64,000 bases of DNA from a candidate division FCPU426 bacterium (GCA_963796105.1 CAWCKJ010000009.1:23068-87067); one strand, 5' to 3'. Shown: positions 31,384 through 42,057, counted from the first letter of the stretch. The notes: generated from the letters alone by a model not told the origin. Numbers and translations: made by a program.

Positions 31384-32469
31384 TCAAATATTAAAAAAGA
31401 ATTCTGGAATGGAGATGATGTATTTCAGGTTCAAAACCCACCTCAGGATCATTTTGATCGGAAGCGCCGCCATCATGAGGGACAAGTTGATCAGGATGGC
31501 GTAGCGCACGATGCCCATCCGTTCCAACAATCTACCAAAGAGAGGCACCATCTTGGTCAAAAGAGGCGGCAAACCAGTAAAATAAAGGATCACGATCAGG
31601 AATCCCCAGATCTCCCGAAGAAACCAGTTGTGCGGCAGGCCCATCCCCAGCCATTTCACCCAAACATATTCTGAGACGTTTACATTGTTCAAGACCACCA
31701 CTTTATGGATGTCCCATTCCTCAAAGGGACCAAAAAAGTTCCATGCAGGTCCGCGGAGGAAAGTGCCCAGGAAGATAAGGGTGACCCAAAGGATAAAAAA
31801 GCCGAAGAGGAACGGAATGATCGCCATCTTGCGCTCATTGAAGGTGTAATATCCGTTTCCGGCGGGATTCTTATCAATATAAGGAATGGACATAAGACCC
31901 ACGATAATGAATGTTGGAAATACCACCCCGGCAAGCCAGGGGTCGTAATAAACCAGCATCTCCTGCAGGCCCAGGAAATACCAGGGCGCCTTGGAAGGAT
32001 TAGGAGTCCAAGCAGGCGTAGCAGGCTCCTCCAGAGGCGCTTTCAGATAGAAGGACCAGGCCAGAAGTGCCACTCCCGCGATGACCGTGACGATAAACTC
32101 GATATAAACCAAGTCGGGCCAGACATATGTTTTCTTGTCTGAAGTCTCCTTTTCCACGGGACCTTGGCCCTGTGCCAGCCGTTTGTCGTTCACAGTCGCT
32201 TGCCGGAAGGATAGCCAAGTAAAGAAAGCCACAGAGAAAACCATGATGAAGATGGGGAAATTATCAGCCTTTGTAGAAATTTCACGGAAATGGCCGTTGA
32301 ACATGGAGAGTCCTAAAATAGCCAACACACCAAGGAAAAGTTTCAAGACGAATTTGGGTTCTGTCCATTTGTCTCGGTAATGGATCATGGCCCAAAAACC
32401 TGTGACCGAGAAAATGAAATACATATAGGGCTGGAACAGAAAATTTGTGACTTGAATTAAGTAGTGCAT
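31384..32469 (-). CDS. Cytochrome b C-terminal / subunit IV-like membrane protein
   Basis: WPDLVY, APLEEPA, TPNPSKAPWYFLGLQE (PEWY-equivalent), PYID. Confidence 0.88.
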   Translation of the reverse strand: MHYLIQVTNFLFQPYMYFIFSVTGFWAMIHYRDKWTEPKFVLKLFLGVLAILGLSMFNGHFREISTKADNFPIFIMVFSVAFFTWLSFRQATVNDKRLAQGQGPVEKETSDKKTYVWPDLVYIEFIVTVIAGVALLAWSFYLKAPLEEPATPAWTPNPSKAPWYFLGLQEMLVYYDPWLAGVVFPTFIIVGLMSIPYIDKNPAGNGYYTFNERKMAIIPFLFGFFILWVTLIFLGTFLRGPAWNFFGPFEEWDIHKVVVLNNVNVSEYVWVKWLGMGLPHNWFLREIWGFLIVILYFTGLPPLLTKMVPLFGRLLERMGIVRYAILINLSLMMAALPIKMILRWVLNLKYIISIPEFFFNI

Positions 32470-32514
32470 CTATCCTCAATTAATCGTTTTAAACTTCTCT
32501 TCATAAACAGATTC

Positions 32515-33351
32515 TTACAGGGGCCCTGAAATGCCGCCGTCCTTGCGCACCCGCCAAAAATGAACCGCCATAAAGGTTGCGGCTACAATCGGAATGAACA
32601 CACAATGAAGCACATAAAAACGGAGCAGGGTCGCCTCAGAAACGAAATGCCCTCCTAAAAGGGCAAAATGAATGTCCGATCCTCCGTGCACCAGATGGAC
32701 TCCCCCTATTTGAATCATGGAAGCTCCAGGTCCTTCGTAACCCAGGAATGGAGTGGCGCGCGCCATGTTGGTACCCACTGTGATGGCCCACATGGCCAAC
32801 TGATCCCAAGGGAGCAGATAACCTGTAAAGGAAAGAAGGAGCGTCAATACCAGAAGCACTACGCCTACCACCCAATTGAATTCTCTTGGCGGTTTATAGG
32901 AACCTGTCATAAAAACCCTGAACATATGAAGCCAAACCGCGATGACCATAGCATGGGCTCCCCAACGGTGGATTTCCCGCATGATTCCCAATGGAACATG
33001 TTCCCTCAGGGCCACGATATCATTGAAGGCGTATTCAGCGGTCGGTCTGTAATAAAACATCAAAAGCAATCCAGAAATGGTGAGATTCAAAAAAAGGAAG
33101 AAGGACAATCCGCCCATGCACCAGGTATAGCTCATCTTGATCCCAGAATAACGCACCTTAACCGGATGCAAATGCAGGAAAACGTTCGAGAGCACCGCCA
33201 TGATCCGGTTTCGGGGCGTATCGGGATATCCATGCCGGAAAATAGATTTCCAAACCTGTCCCTCGGATACAGCCTTTTTCACCAACGAAAGCGCCGGGGC
33301 CTTCGCCCTTAAATCGCTGATCGTTTTTTTAAGTCCTTCCAGCATTCCCAT
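32515..33351 (-). CDS. Cytochrome b6-like subunit (cytochrome b N-terminal half)
   Basis: [50 protein letters not shown]. Confidence 0.95.
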   Translation of the reverse strand: MGMLEGLKKTISDLRAKAPALSLVKKAVSEGQVWKSIFRHGYPDTPRNRIMAVLSNVFLHLHPVKVRYSGIKMSYTWCMGGLSFFLFLNLTISGLLLMFYYRPTAEYAFNDIVALREHVPLGIMREIHRWGAHAMVIAVWLHMFRVFMTGSYKPPREFNWVVGVVLLVLTLLLSFTGYLLPWDQLAMWAITVGTNMARATPFLGYEGPGASMIQIGGVHLVHGGSDIHFALLGGHFVSEATLLRFYVLHCVFIPIVAATFMAVHFWRVRKDGGISGPL

Positions 33352-33419
33352 CTCCTCCCCCTATAAATTCCGGAAATCGAACCCAGAATTCAACCCTTCA
33401 ATCCTCGTTTATAATCTTT

Positions 33420-34199
33420 TCAGGCTTTGTACTCCAGAAAAGACCCCGGTAAACCCCATTGCCCAAGTTCCTGCTGGTACTTGACGCCTTCGTCCACCTC
33501 AATCTGTCCATCATCCGCCAAGGAAATCCTGAAGCGTTCTAAAGGCCTAGGAGCAGGTCCCTCGAAGTTGACGCCGGTAACGTAAAAACCGCTGCCATGG
33601 CAGGGACACTTGAACTTCTGCTCTGTCTGGAGCCAATTGGGCGTACAGCCCAAGTGGGTGCAAATGGTGGAGAGGGCATAAAATCCTTTTTCCTCCCGAA
33701 CAATCCAAACCCGGTGCTCATTCTTGAACCTTTCGTCAACCCCAAGCGCAAACTGGTCGGGAACCCCCACCTTAAATTGGAGCGGGGGTTCAAAGGTAAC
33801 GTTGGGGAAAAAGAACCTTAGCACAGTACTGAGAGCTCCCATGGTTGCGGCTGTAAAAGCGACCCAAGCCCACCCCAGAAGAGTGATGAATGATCTGCGG
33901 GTCATGGGTGGGTTCAGGTCCAAACCCCCTGCAGACACTTCGACTAAGGACCGTTTTGGAGTTTTAGGTTTCGGTTCAGGTACTTGTTCTTTATTGGAAG
34001 CAAAGTGGTAAAAAGTCAAGGAAAGGAGAACTACCGCGTAAAGGGCGACCAAACCCATGATGACCCATGCGGTCAGGGGAAGGGTCTTGGTATGAATTTC
34101 TTCCTTTGCCGCAAAAACACCAGTCGACCAGAGAAGAACAGGGATAACCAAGAATGAGACCAACCGCGCGAATCGGAAGGATTTTAATAATTCGGACAC
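33420..34199 (-). CDS. Rieske 2Fe-2S subunit with N-terminal extension
   Basis: CTHLGC, CPCHGS, GPAPRPL; internal twin-arginine motif TRRSFI. Confidence 0.95.
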   Translation of the reverse strand: MSELLKSFRFARLVSFLVIPVLLWSTGVFAAKEEIHTKTLPLTAWVIMGLVALYAVVLLSLTFYHFASNKEQVPEPKPKTPKRSLVEVSAGGLDLNPPMTRRSFITLLGWAWVAFTAATMGALSTVLRFFFPNVTFEPPLQFKVGVPDQFALGVDERFKNEHRVWIVREEKGFYALSTICTHLGCTPNWLQTEQKFKCPCHGSGFYVTGVNFEGPAPRPLERFRISLADDGQIEVDEGVKYQQELGQWGLPGSFLEYKA

Positions 34200-34505
34200 C
34201 GTGACTCCCCAGGTTTAAAAATAACCACGAATGTTATAATTTAAGATTGGTCCCCAAAAAAAAGCCACCCCCTTTTGGGGAGTGGTAAAGCTCGGACAAC
34301 CCATTGAGCGAGGGGTATTCTAGTCTGGTAATTTTTTAAGTGTCAAGAATACGTCAGGTAAAATCGACTATTTTTATCGGGTTTTTCACAATTCACGGTT
34401 TATCCCTGAAGTTCTTGCCAAATATTTTTAACCATTCATCTTCCCAATGTAACACAGCTTCTCCCTCTAATAGCCATGAGTCTCCAGTATTGGGCATTAA
34501 ATACT

Positions 34506-35828
34506 TCAGAACAAACTTCCAGATCGTCTCTCGCCTACGAGGTGATAATTCCGTTCCTGGATCGCCTTTACCAGCGTGGCCCTATCCTTATATAGGGATT
34601 GTGTTCTCAATTTTTCAATAAGGTACCCCGATTGAAACCAGATGCTGGCAATGACACATATCAAACCAAATACCCTCCAGAGTCTGTCCGAGTCAAACCG
34701 AGCCCAAATATAGAAAGAATAGACTATGACTAGAGGGGCCAGGATGAAATACATATGAGCCAAAGGGGGCTTTGAAGTAAAACAAAAAGCTGTCCAAACG
34801 AGCATGAAGGATGCAAAAATAAGAAGCCCTATTTTTCTTGAGTCGATATTTTTTTTATCTTTTTTAAACCCGAGTAGCAAAAGAACGACCGGTTGAAGCC
34901 ACCCCAGAAACATTAAAAACAATCCCGGAAGGGCTATCCAGGGAACCTGCTTAAGAAGAAAATCCAAACGTTGGCGCGAATGCTCCCCGATGAACCTGGG
35001 CACCTCATAACAAGCGAAAGAAAGATACCGCGCTAGAATGGTAAAAAAAGAGAAAAAGTTATCCGAGTTAAATGCCACCGCCAACCCAATGGCTTCCGAC
35101 CCTCGAGAGAAACCATACTTTAAAAACGTCGGCATTATAAATAGGAGTGGAAAAAAGGAGCCCATCAAAAAACCCAGCAAAGGTTGGTAAAGTTGTCGCA
35201 GACCTGATTTCCAATGTAAAAACAAAGGTAGCATTAACAAGGGAAGAAGAAGAACCCAGGAATAATGTAATTGCATGTCCCAAAAAAGGCCGAAACCCAT
35301 TAATGCGAAAGACATCCCCGGGGGTATTCTGTTGAGCGAAAAACCGGGAATGGATTCCATAAGTCCTATAAAAAAAAGAGTACTTCCTAGAAAAAGATAA
35401 GACGGGTTATAAACACTTGCCCCCATGTGAAGAGTCCAGGGAAGAAGAGCTGACCACGCAAAGACAAATACCAGAGAGAGCTCGGGAAGACGTAGGGTAA
35501 TGTACCAGGAAAGTAGCGCAATTGCTGATGTTGAAAGCAGACTCGCCAGTATAAATGGCGCCTCTGGTATGGGAAGAAGATAAAACGGGAAGCCCACCAA
35601 AAAGGCTTCCAACGCCCCTGGTATTTGGGAATGAAACCCTTTGTGAATCCCCGAAAGTACGTACTCGTCCGGCCCAAAATACGGCCAACCTCCTTGGCAA
35701 AACCATTTCATGCCAAGCAGATAAGTTTGAAGATAATCGTCATCTCGAAAGGGCTGGGATAATCCAAAAACCAACCGGAATACAAATAAGAAAACAAAAA
35801 GAAGAATGAATTTCCAACGATTGCTCAG
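34506..35828 (-). CDS. Polytopic membrane protein, putative GT-C glycosyltransferase
   Basis: About 11-12 hydrophobic segments, acidic DDD after TM1, PYFGP. The frame extends to an in-frame CTG (35828) preceded by AAGGAG plus 6 nt. Confidence 0.65.
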   Translation of the reverse strand: MSNRWKFILLFVFLFVFRLVFGLSQPFRDDDYLQTYLLGMKWFCQGGWPYFGPDEYVLSGIHKGFHSQIPGALEAFLVGFPFYLLPIPEAPFILASLLSTSAIALLSWYITLRLPELSLVFVFAWSALLPWTLHMGASVYNPSYLFLGSTLFFIGLMESIPGFSLNRIPPGMSFALMGFGLFWDMQLHYSWVLLLPLLMLPLFLHWKSGLRQLYQPLLGFLMGSFFPLLFIMPTFLKYGFSRGSEAIGLAVAFNSDNFFSFFTILARYLSFACYEVPRFIGEHSRQRLDFLLKQVPWIALPGLFLMFLGWLQPVVLLLLGFKKDKKNIDSRKIGLLIFASFMLVWTAFCFTSKPPLAHMYFILAPLVIVYSFYIWARFDSDRLWRVFGLICVIASIWFQSGYLIEKLRTQSLYKDRATLVKAIQERNYHLVGERRSGSLF

Positions 35829-35871
35829 TTAAATCTCCTTTTGAATGCAATCCCAATGGGGCTGAAGGATT

Positions 35872-38188
35872 TTAATTAGTAATAAGAAATTCACTTTTGA
35901 GATGGATGTCTTTCGATGAAGAACCTACCTGAATTTGAACTCGACCCGGTTCAACATTCCAAGATCCTTGCGCGGGATCTAATGGCCTTTCCTTATTTTC
36001 TCGCCAATATGCAAGATCAGAAGCCTTAACGGCAAATTGAATTTCCTTGGTTTTTCCCGGTTCCAAAAAAACTCTTTGGAAACCCTTTAATTCCTTGTTC
36101 GGTCTTTGGATTTTGGAATCCATATATTTCAAGTAAAGCTGAACCACCTCGTCGCCTGGTCTTGAACCACTATTAATCAATTCAAAGGTGACATTTATCT
36201 GCCCGTTTGTTTTCACGGATGTTGTATTCATCTTTAAATTTGAATATTTAAAATTCGTGTAGCTTAAACCATAGCCAAACGGGAAGAGGGGTTCTCCTTT
36301 AAAGTAAAGGTAGGTGTGGCCATGGCGGATATCGTAGTCCATCATAGGCGGAAGTTGATCTATAGAGCGGGGCCAAGTTTCCACCAAACGACCGCCCGGA
36401 TTGACATCCCCAAATAAGGCTTCAGCCAAAGCGGTTCCACTTTCCTGTCCACTATGGGCCATGTGAAGAATGGCTGGAACATGATCAACGGTCCAGGTCA
36501 TAGTGAAAGGAAAACTGCTGATAAGAGCCACAATTGTGCGCGGGTTTGCATGTAAAACTTTCTTAATCAATTCTTCCTGCCGAAGATCCATGGATTCCCG
36601 GTCCAGAGATTCCTTGCCCTCCGCAGTCGAATCGCGCTTTCCCCATCCCCCATTACCCAGGGGATGATTCCCGGCGCAGACAATTGCCGCATCACATGAA
36701 CGCGCTAATTTTTCGGCAGCTCCGCCTGTGTTATCTTGAGCGAATTGAACCCGGACGCCTTCTCCCAATCGTTTTTGAATTCCCTCCAATGGGGAAATTC
36801 GATATGGAGCGTCCCCTCCATACCAATCTGAAATCACCATATCCGCATAAGGTCCAATTACAGCCAGGGATCGAATCTTTCCAGCATCAAGGGGAAGCAA
36901 TCTTCCCTTATTCTTCAACAATACGATTGATTCTCGAGCAGCCCTCAAAGCCAGCGTTTTGTGCTCCACACTCTCCCAGGGAAGTTCTTTTCCCACGTTG
37001 CGGTAAGGTACCATCTCAGGGGGATCTATCATCCCTAGACGAATCATCACGCGAAAAACACCCCGCAAGGATTCGTCCATTTGTGAATCCGACAAAATTT
37101 CTTGACCCAAGGCGGTACGAACTGGTTCCTCAAAACGGTCCAAGAATTGATTGATTCCCGATTTAACGCAATCGGCCGCAGCCTCCTCCAGCTTCGAATA
37201 ACGTTTATGCTCGGTTACCAGATTCTCCATCGCTCCCCCATCGGTACAGATGATGCCGTCGTGACCCCAGTCCTGAATGACAACGTTCTTAAGGAAAGGG
37301 TTGACCGCACAGGGAATCCCGTTGACCGCGTTGTAGGCCGCCATCATGCCCTGCGCCTTGGCATCCCGAATGGCCATTCGAAAAGGCACTGAATAATACT
37401 CCCGAAAAAGCCTTGAGTCATAAATAGATACCCACGGGCAAGCCCGTGGTACTAAAATCAAAATTCAAGCTTCGCTTGCCGTGCTTTCAGCACGGTGGCC
37501 TTTCACCCACGGGCAAGCCCGTGGAACTCAAAGCGGCCGGATTGGAGGAACTGCTCACTCGGCCTTTCTCATTACTATTGGAGAGAAAATGTTTCAAGAG
37601 GGATGCACATTGGAGGTAATGTGGATCCTCTCCTTGAAGACCCCGGGTCATGGCCGTAGCCATGGTTCCGTTGAAAAAAGAGTCTTCCCCAAAGCATTCC
37701 TCAGTACGGCCCCAGCGGGGGTCCCGGCCCAAATCGGCGTTTGGCGCCCTCACGACCAAACCACCCCGGTGGTACATGGGGCTTTCCCAAAGGTACCGAA
37801 TTTCTCTGCCTTCGGCCTTACCCACTTGTCGCACCAGTTCGGAGTCCCAAGTTTCTCCCAGACCGATGGCCTGGGGAAATTGTGTTGTCGGAACTGGGTC
37901 TCCTCTTCCCCAATTCCCTACTTCACCCAAAGCAAGACCGTGTAATCCTTCAACATGCCCCGTTCCCTTGACCCAAAGACGCGGAATATCCGGAACTGTG
38001 CTCAAACAGCGAATTTTCTCCTCCCGTGACATCAAGGAGAGAAGATTGGTAATTCTTTCTTCAATATACAAGTCGGGATTTTGAAATGGATATTGATAGT
38101 TCTTTTTAATCGCGCCCATGGCAGGAATTAGGAGGAAGCACAGAACAAAACGAGCAAATCGGGGCAAAGTACTATTTCGTTTTCGCAT
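35872..38188 (-). pseudogene. Secreted GH3 beta-xylosidase/glucosidase interrupted by a 118-nt insertion
   Basis: 5' part (EGLHG, RDPRWGRTEE, KHFLSN...SSSSN) and 3' part (YDSRLFREYY, ICTDGG, FPFGYGLSY) join in frame into ~732 aa once 37423-37540 is removed. Confidence 0.9.
37423..37540 (+). mobile_element. Non-autonomous IS200/IS605-type palindromic mini-element (PATE/MITE), 118 nt
   Basis: Two identical subterminal hairpins ACCCACGGGCAAGCCCGTGG (37430-37449, 37505-37524) in direct orientation; no terminal IR, no target duplication, no ORF. Confidence 0.8.
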
Positions 38189-38330
38189 AGCAGGCGTAAT
38201 AAAGATTCATTTGTAAACCTATCCATTTAATATTACTTTCGATTTATCCAGAAATCACATCTGTTGCCCTGCCCCCCCAAGACAAATTTTCATCTATTAT
38301 TGGTTTTTTATGTGTTTTTGTTAAGCGGAA

Positions 38331-40214
38331 TCAACGCTTCAAACCTTCCATTCGCTTTGCGCAAAGAAGAGCCAGATCCTTCCGATTCGAGCGGGAATAA
38401 ATGAACTCCAAATTGTGGTAAAACTCCGGATACCTACCCTGGGAGCGGCGGAGGGCCTCCAGGTAGAACGCTTCCGCCGCGTCGCTCCGATTATTCATGA
38501 GGCTGAAAAGAGCCAAGGAATGGAGGCCTTGGGGATAATCCGGTGTGACGACAAAATCTTTCCAAAAACAATTCCAGGCCGACGGGAGAGGCATCTGAAG
38601 AAGTTCATGGGCTTTACGAGTGATGTCTTTAGAAATACCATTTTGAGCTAAAATCTTCTCGTAATCTAAGCCCGGGGTAAGATCCAAATAGCCTTTGCGA
38701 AGGAAAATCACGGACGACCCATCCATATAAACAGGACGCCAATCCGGCAACTTGGACAGCTCGAACTGCCACTGCATGGACTCTAGCGGTATGTAACAAA
38801 TGATATTCGCATGGTATTTATCCGCGAGCGGCTTCAATCCCCCAAGGCTGAAGGATGTCATATATTCCTTGAAAAATTCCCGTCCCATAACCTCTAACCG
38901 GCCGTCAATAAATGTTTTCTGTTGTCCCTGCCAATCCATCCAACTTCCAGATTCAAGTGGGTTTAATACTCGACCATCCAAGTGATTCTGTTTCAGGAAT
39001 ACACAAGCCCTTTCTGGGAGAAAATCCCGGTTCAAACCCAGGCCGGTAACATTCCACCATCGTTCAGGTATATAGTATGCGCCGGTAGAGACCCTTAAGC
39101 AAAGCCCTCCGATTAGAATCGTGAAAGCCAGCGGCAAAATAGTTTTTTTCAAAATTGGGAAATTGAAATTTTTAAGCCATCTATGTTTTAAATCTTGAAA
39201 AAATATTCCGGCATGGGGAGCGCACGCAATCATATATAAAGGAATATTCCTTATAGCAGCCGCAGATAAATATAAAAAAATAAATATCAAAAGCACTTCA
39301 TGGATTTTTCTTTTTCTGAGTGTTGCTAGGAGCATGAGTATCAAGCAAACGCTGAATAGTTTGTAAATGAAGAGTCCAGGTGAAAGGCTAGATTGAGCCA
39401 AGCCACTCAAAGTCCATGAGGATTGAAACTCAAAAATGCTGGACTTAAAAACATTAGAACTGGCTACTGTTTTTAGAAGGTCAAAAGGAAAAATAAACCC
39501 ATGAAAGAAATAGGGATTAACCAGACAGGCGAGCAAACTCCATCCAAAATACTTCAAGAGATGGAAATCGATTTTTCTTGAGTGAAAAGAGCTCGATAAA
39601 ATAAACATACCTAATATGACTAAACCGATCGCGAACAATCCCTCCACATTGGCCCATGCCAACATAATAAAAGGTATTAGATACAGGCAACTCTTGATTT
39701 TCCCGTTTCTTTTTTCAACCTCCAAAAGAAGAAAGTTCATAAAAATCCAACTGAGTGTTTCTGGTCTGGCCCAAAAGCGGAATTCCGACGTTAGAAGAAC
39801 CGCCAACAATAAAACTATGCATAACCATTCCGAAGCGCCCGACTGACGTATACGTTTCCAAACAAGGTAAATAAGCAAGAGAATCAGGAGAATATTAACG
39901 ATGCAAATAAAGCTATATCCCCCGATCATATAAATTAAATATAGAAAAACCTGGTAAAGCCAATGAATATCCAGATATTTATGGTTTGATACGGTATAGG
40001 TGAAGGAATCACTGACTGGAAAACATTTGTGATCTAAGATCCATTTCCCGCCCATTAAGTGGTAACCCAGATCGGGATCGGAAAGAAGACGGGAACTGAA
40101 AAGAACTGCCAGAAGAAATCCGGCGACCATAGCGTAGGTCCAAGGATTCTCCCAACGCCGACTTGATGATGCCTCCGCCGGAATTATTAAATCAACAGGG
40201 AATACCACTTCCAT
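38331..40214 (-). CDS. Polytopic membrane protein, putative GT-C glycosyltransferase with C-terminal TPR
   Basis: DPDLGYHL..G, DSFTYT, HWLYQ, RPE, WANVEG, NPY, FIDGRLE; TPR-like tail (AEAFYLEALRR). Confidence 0.7.
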   Translation of the reverse strand: MEVVFPVDLIIPAEASSSRRWENPWTYAMVAGFLLAVLFSSRLLSDPDLGYHLMGGKWILDHKCFPVSDSFTYTVSNHKYLDIHWLYQVFLYLIYMIGGYSFICIVNILLILLLIYLVWKRIRQSGASEWLCIVLLLAVLLTSEFRFWARPETLSWIFMNFLLLEVEKRNGKIKSCLYLIPFIMLAWANVEGLFAIGLVILGMFILSSSFHSRKIDFHLLKYFGWSLLACLVNPYFFHGFIFPFDLLKTVASSNVFKSSIFEFQSSWTLSGLAQSSLSPGLFIYKLFSVCLILMLLATLRKRKIHEVLLIFIFLYLSAAAIRNIPLYMIACAPHAGIFFQDLKHRWLKNFNFPILKKTILPLAFTILIGGLCLRVSTGAYYIPERWWNVTGLGLNRDFLPERACVFLKQNHLDGRVLNPLESGSWMDWQGQQKTFIDGRLEVMGREFFKEYMTSFSLGGLKPLADKYHANIICYIPLESMQWQFELSKLPDWRPVYMDGSSVIFLRKGYLDLTPGLDYEKILAQNGISKDITRKAHELLQMPLPSAWNCFWKDFVVTPDYPQGLHSLALFSLMNNRSDAAEAFYLEALRRSQGRYPEFYHNLEFIYSRSNRKDLALLCAKRMEGLKR

Positions 40215-40495
40215 TGGTTTTACCTTTCTAGGAAAAAAGGGATTGAAAGTTATCCTTAAGACAATGGTGTTGGAGCAATTGCAAATGGAAGGAGTTGTGA
40301 GCGAAGGAATCTATTGTTTATTTTAAACCCGTTTATGAGGATTTTTGTTAGGAATGTTTTACCGCTAAAAAGGGCACTCATTCTAAGGAAATAAACTCTT
40401 CGGAAGGGTTAAAACAGGTCCCTGATTTATTTGTCAATAGTTTCTGAACTAAAATTTAACGTTACCACATTTCTTTAGCTGGGAACGTTGGGACT

Positions 40496-41776
40496 TTATT
40501 TTCTATCTACTATAGGGACATAAGAACGCTTCGTTTCCCCTTGGTAGATTTGGCGTGGTCGAGCGATACGGGTATCCTTAGAATGTCTCATTTCCCGCCA
40601 GTGGGCTAACCATCCCGGAACCCGTCCGATGGCGAATAGTACCGTGAACATATTGATAGGAAATCCCGCTGCCTTCAAAATCAACCCGGAATAAAAATCC
40701 ACATTGGGATATAGTTTTCGGCTGAGGAAGTAATCATCCTTCAAAGCGATTTCCTCTAATTTTAGGGCGATGTCAAAGGCTGGATCCACCATGCCGGGTT
40801 TTTTCAGGAGCGAATGGCAAAGTTCCTTGATAATCTTAGCCCGGGGATCGAAATTTTTATATACCCTGTGCCCAAAACCCATCAACTTACCCCTGTTGTT
40901 CTTGATGTCCTCTACAAAAGCCTCGGGGGTCGTCTTTGTGTCCCGTAAATGGTCCAACATTTCGATTACTTCCTGGTTGGCGCCTCCATGGAGTTTTCCC
41001 CAGAGCGCGCAGATGCCGGCCCCGATGACTGAGTAGATATTAGCCAGACTGGAGCCCGCCATTCGAACGGTGGAGGTGCTACAATTCTGTTCGTGATCCG
41101 CGCTCAGGATGAAGAAAAGATCGAGAGCCTTGACGATGTCCGGATCCAGGACGTAATCCTTGACCGGCGATGAAAACATCATGGTCAGGAAATTTTCCAC
41201 GAAACGAAGCTTATTGGAGGGATAAACCACCGGCTCACCAATGGACTTCTTGTAAGAAAAAGCCGCGATAGTCCGGATTTGGGACATCAGGTTGGCGATA
41301 ATGACTTCCTCTGCGTGAGGATCTAGGTTTTCCTTGACCGGATAGAAAGCCGAGAGGGATCCTACCACGCTCGTCAGGATGGCCATAGGGTGGGCCCCTT
41401 TTGGGTATCCCGTGAAAAAATGCAGCATGTCCTCATGGATGAGGGAGGATTTGTTTAACCTCTCTGAAAAACCCTGAAGCTGGGCATCATTGGGTAAGTC
41501 GCCATGCATGATGAGGTAAGCCGCCTCGGTGAAAAAAGATTTCTCCGCGAGTTCTTCAATGGGGATACCTCGATACCGAAGAATTCCCTTGTCCCCGTCA
41601 ATGAAGGTGATGTTGCTCTCGCAGGCACCAGTGTTGCTATATCCATTGTCTAGGGTGATGTAACCCGTTTCCGCACGCAAGGCTGAGATGTCAATGGCCT
41701 TCTCGCCTTCCGTTCCAACGATAATAGGGAATTCATAGGTTTTTCCGTCCAAAATGACTTTCGCTTTATCAGGCAT
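40496..41776 (-). CDS. gltA: Citrate synthase
   Basis: DHEQNCST, LHGGANQ, GFGHRVYKNFDPRA, YPNVDFYSG. Confidence 0.97.
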   Translation of the reverse strand: MPDKAKVILDGKTYEFPIIVGTEGEKAIDISALRAETGYITLDNGYSNTGACESNITFIDGDKGILRYRGIPIEELAEKSFFTEAAYLIMHGDLPNDAQLQGFSERLNKSSLIHEDMLHFFTGYPKGAHPMAILTSVVGSLSAFYPVKENLDPHAEEVIIANLMSQIRTIAAFSYKKSIGEPVVYPSNKLRFVENFLTMMFSSPVKDYVLDPDIVKALDLFFILSADHEQNCSTSTVRMAGSSLANIYSVIGAGICALWGKLHGGANQEVIEMLDHLRDTKTTPEAFVEDIKNNRGKLMGFGHRVYKNFDPRAKIIKELCHSLLKKPGMVDPAFDIALKLEEIALKDDYFLSRKLYPNVDFYSGLILKAAGFPINMFTVLFAIGRVPGWLAHWREMRHSKDTRIARPRQIYQGETKRSYVPIVDRK

Positions 41777-42057
41777 ATCCGACCTCCGTAAATTGGCTCG
41801 ACGGGATTATAACGTTTGTTCCGGGCGAAGGGGCTTCAAATTAAGTGAGTTTATAATATTGAAGAAGGCCCTTAAAGCCCACCTTAAAATGGGAATTAGA
41901 TTTAAAAATATCAAGCTGTTTAAGAATCAACAACATTTAGTTTTATCAGGAAAAACCTGTGAATTACTGGTTTCCAAAAGGAACCTAATAAAAAACGTTA
42001 GGATTCCCACCTCTCCCTTTTCGAACCCAGCGTATTGATGGAGAAAATTTTATTTTT

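Noticed and set aside
37423-37540. GH3 insert as an intron, intein or ribosomal-bypass element
   Set aside because: Too short for group I/II cores, not a multiple of 3, and no stop directly after a matched take-off codon; IS200/IS605-type ends explain it better.
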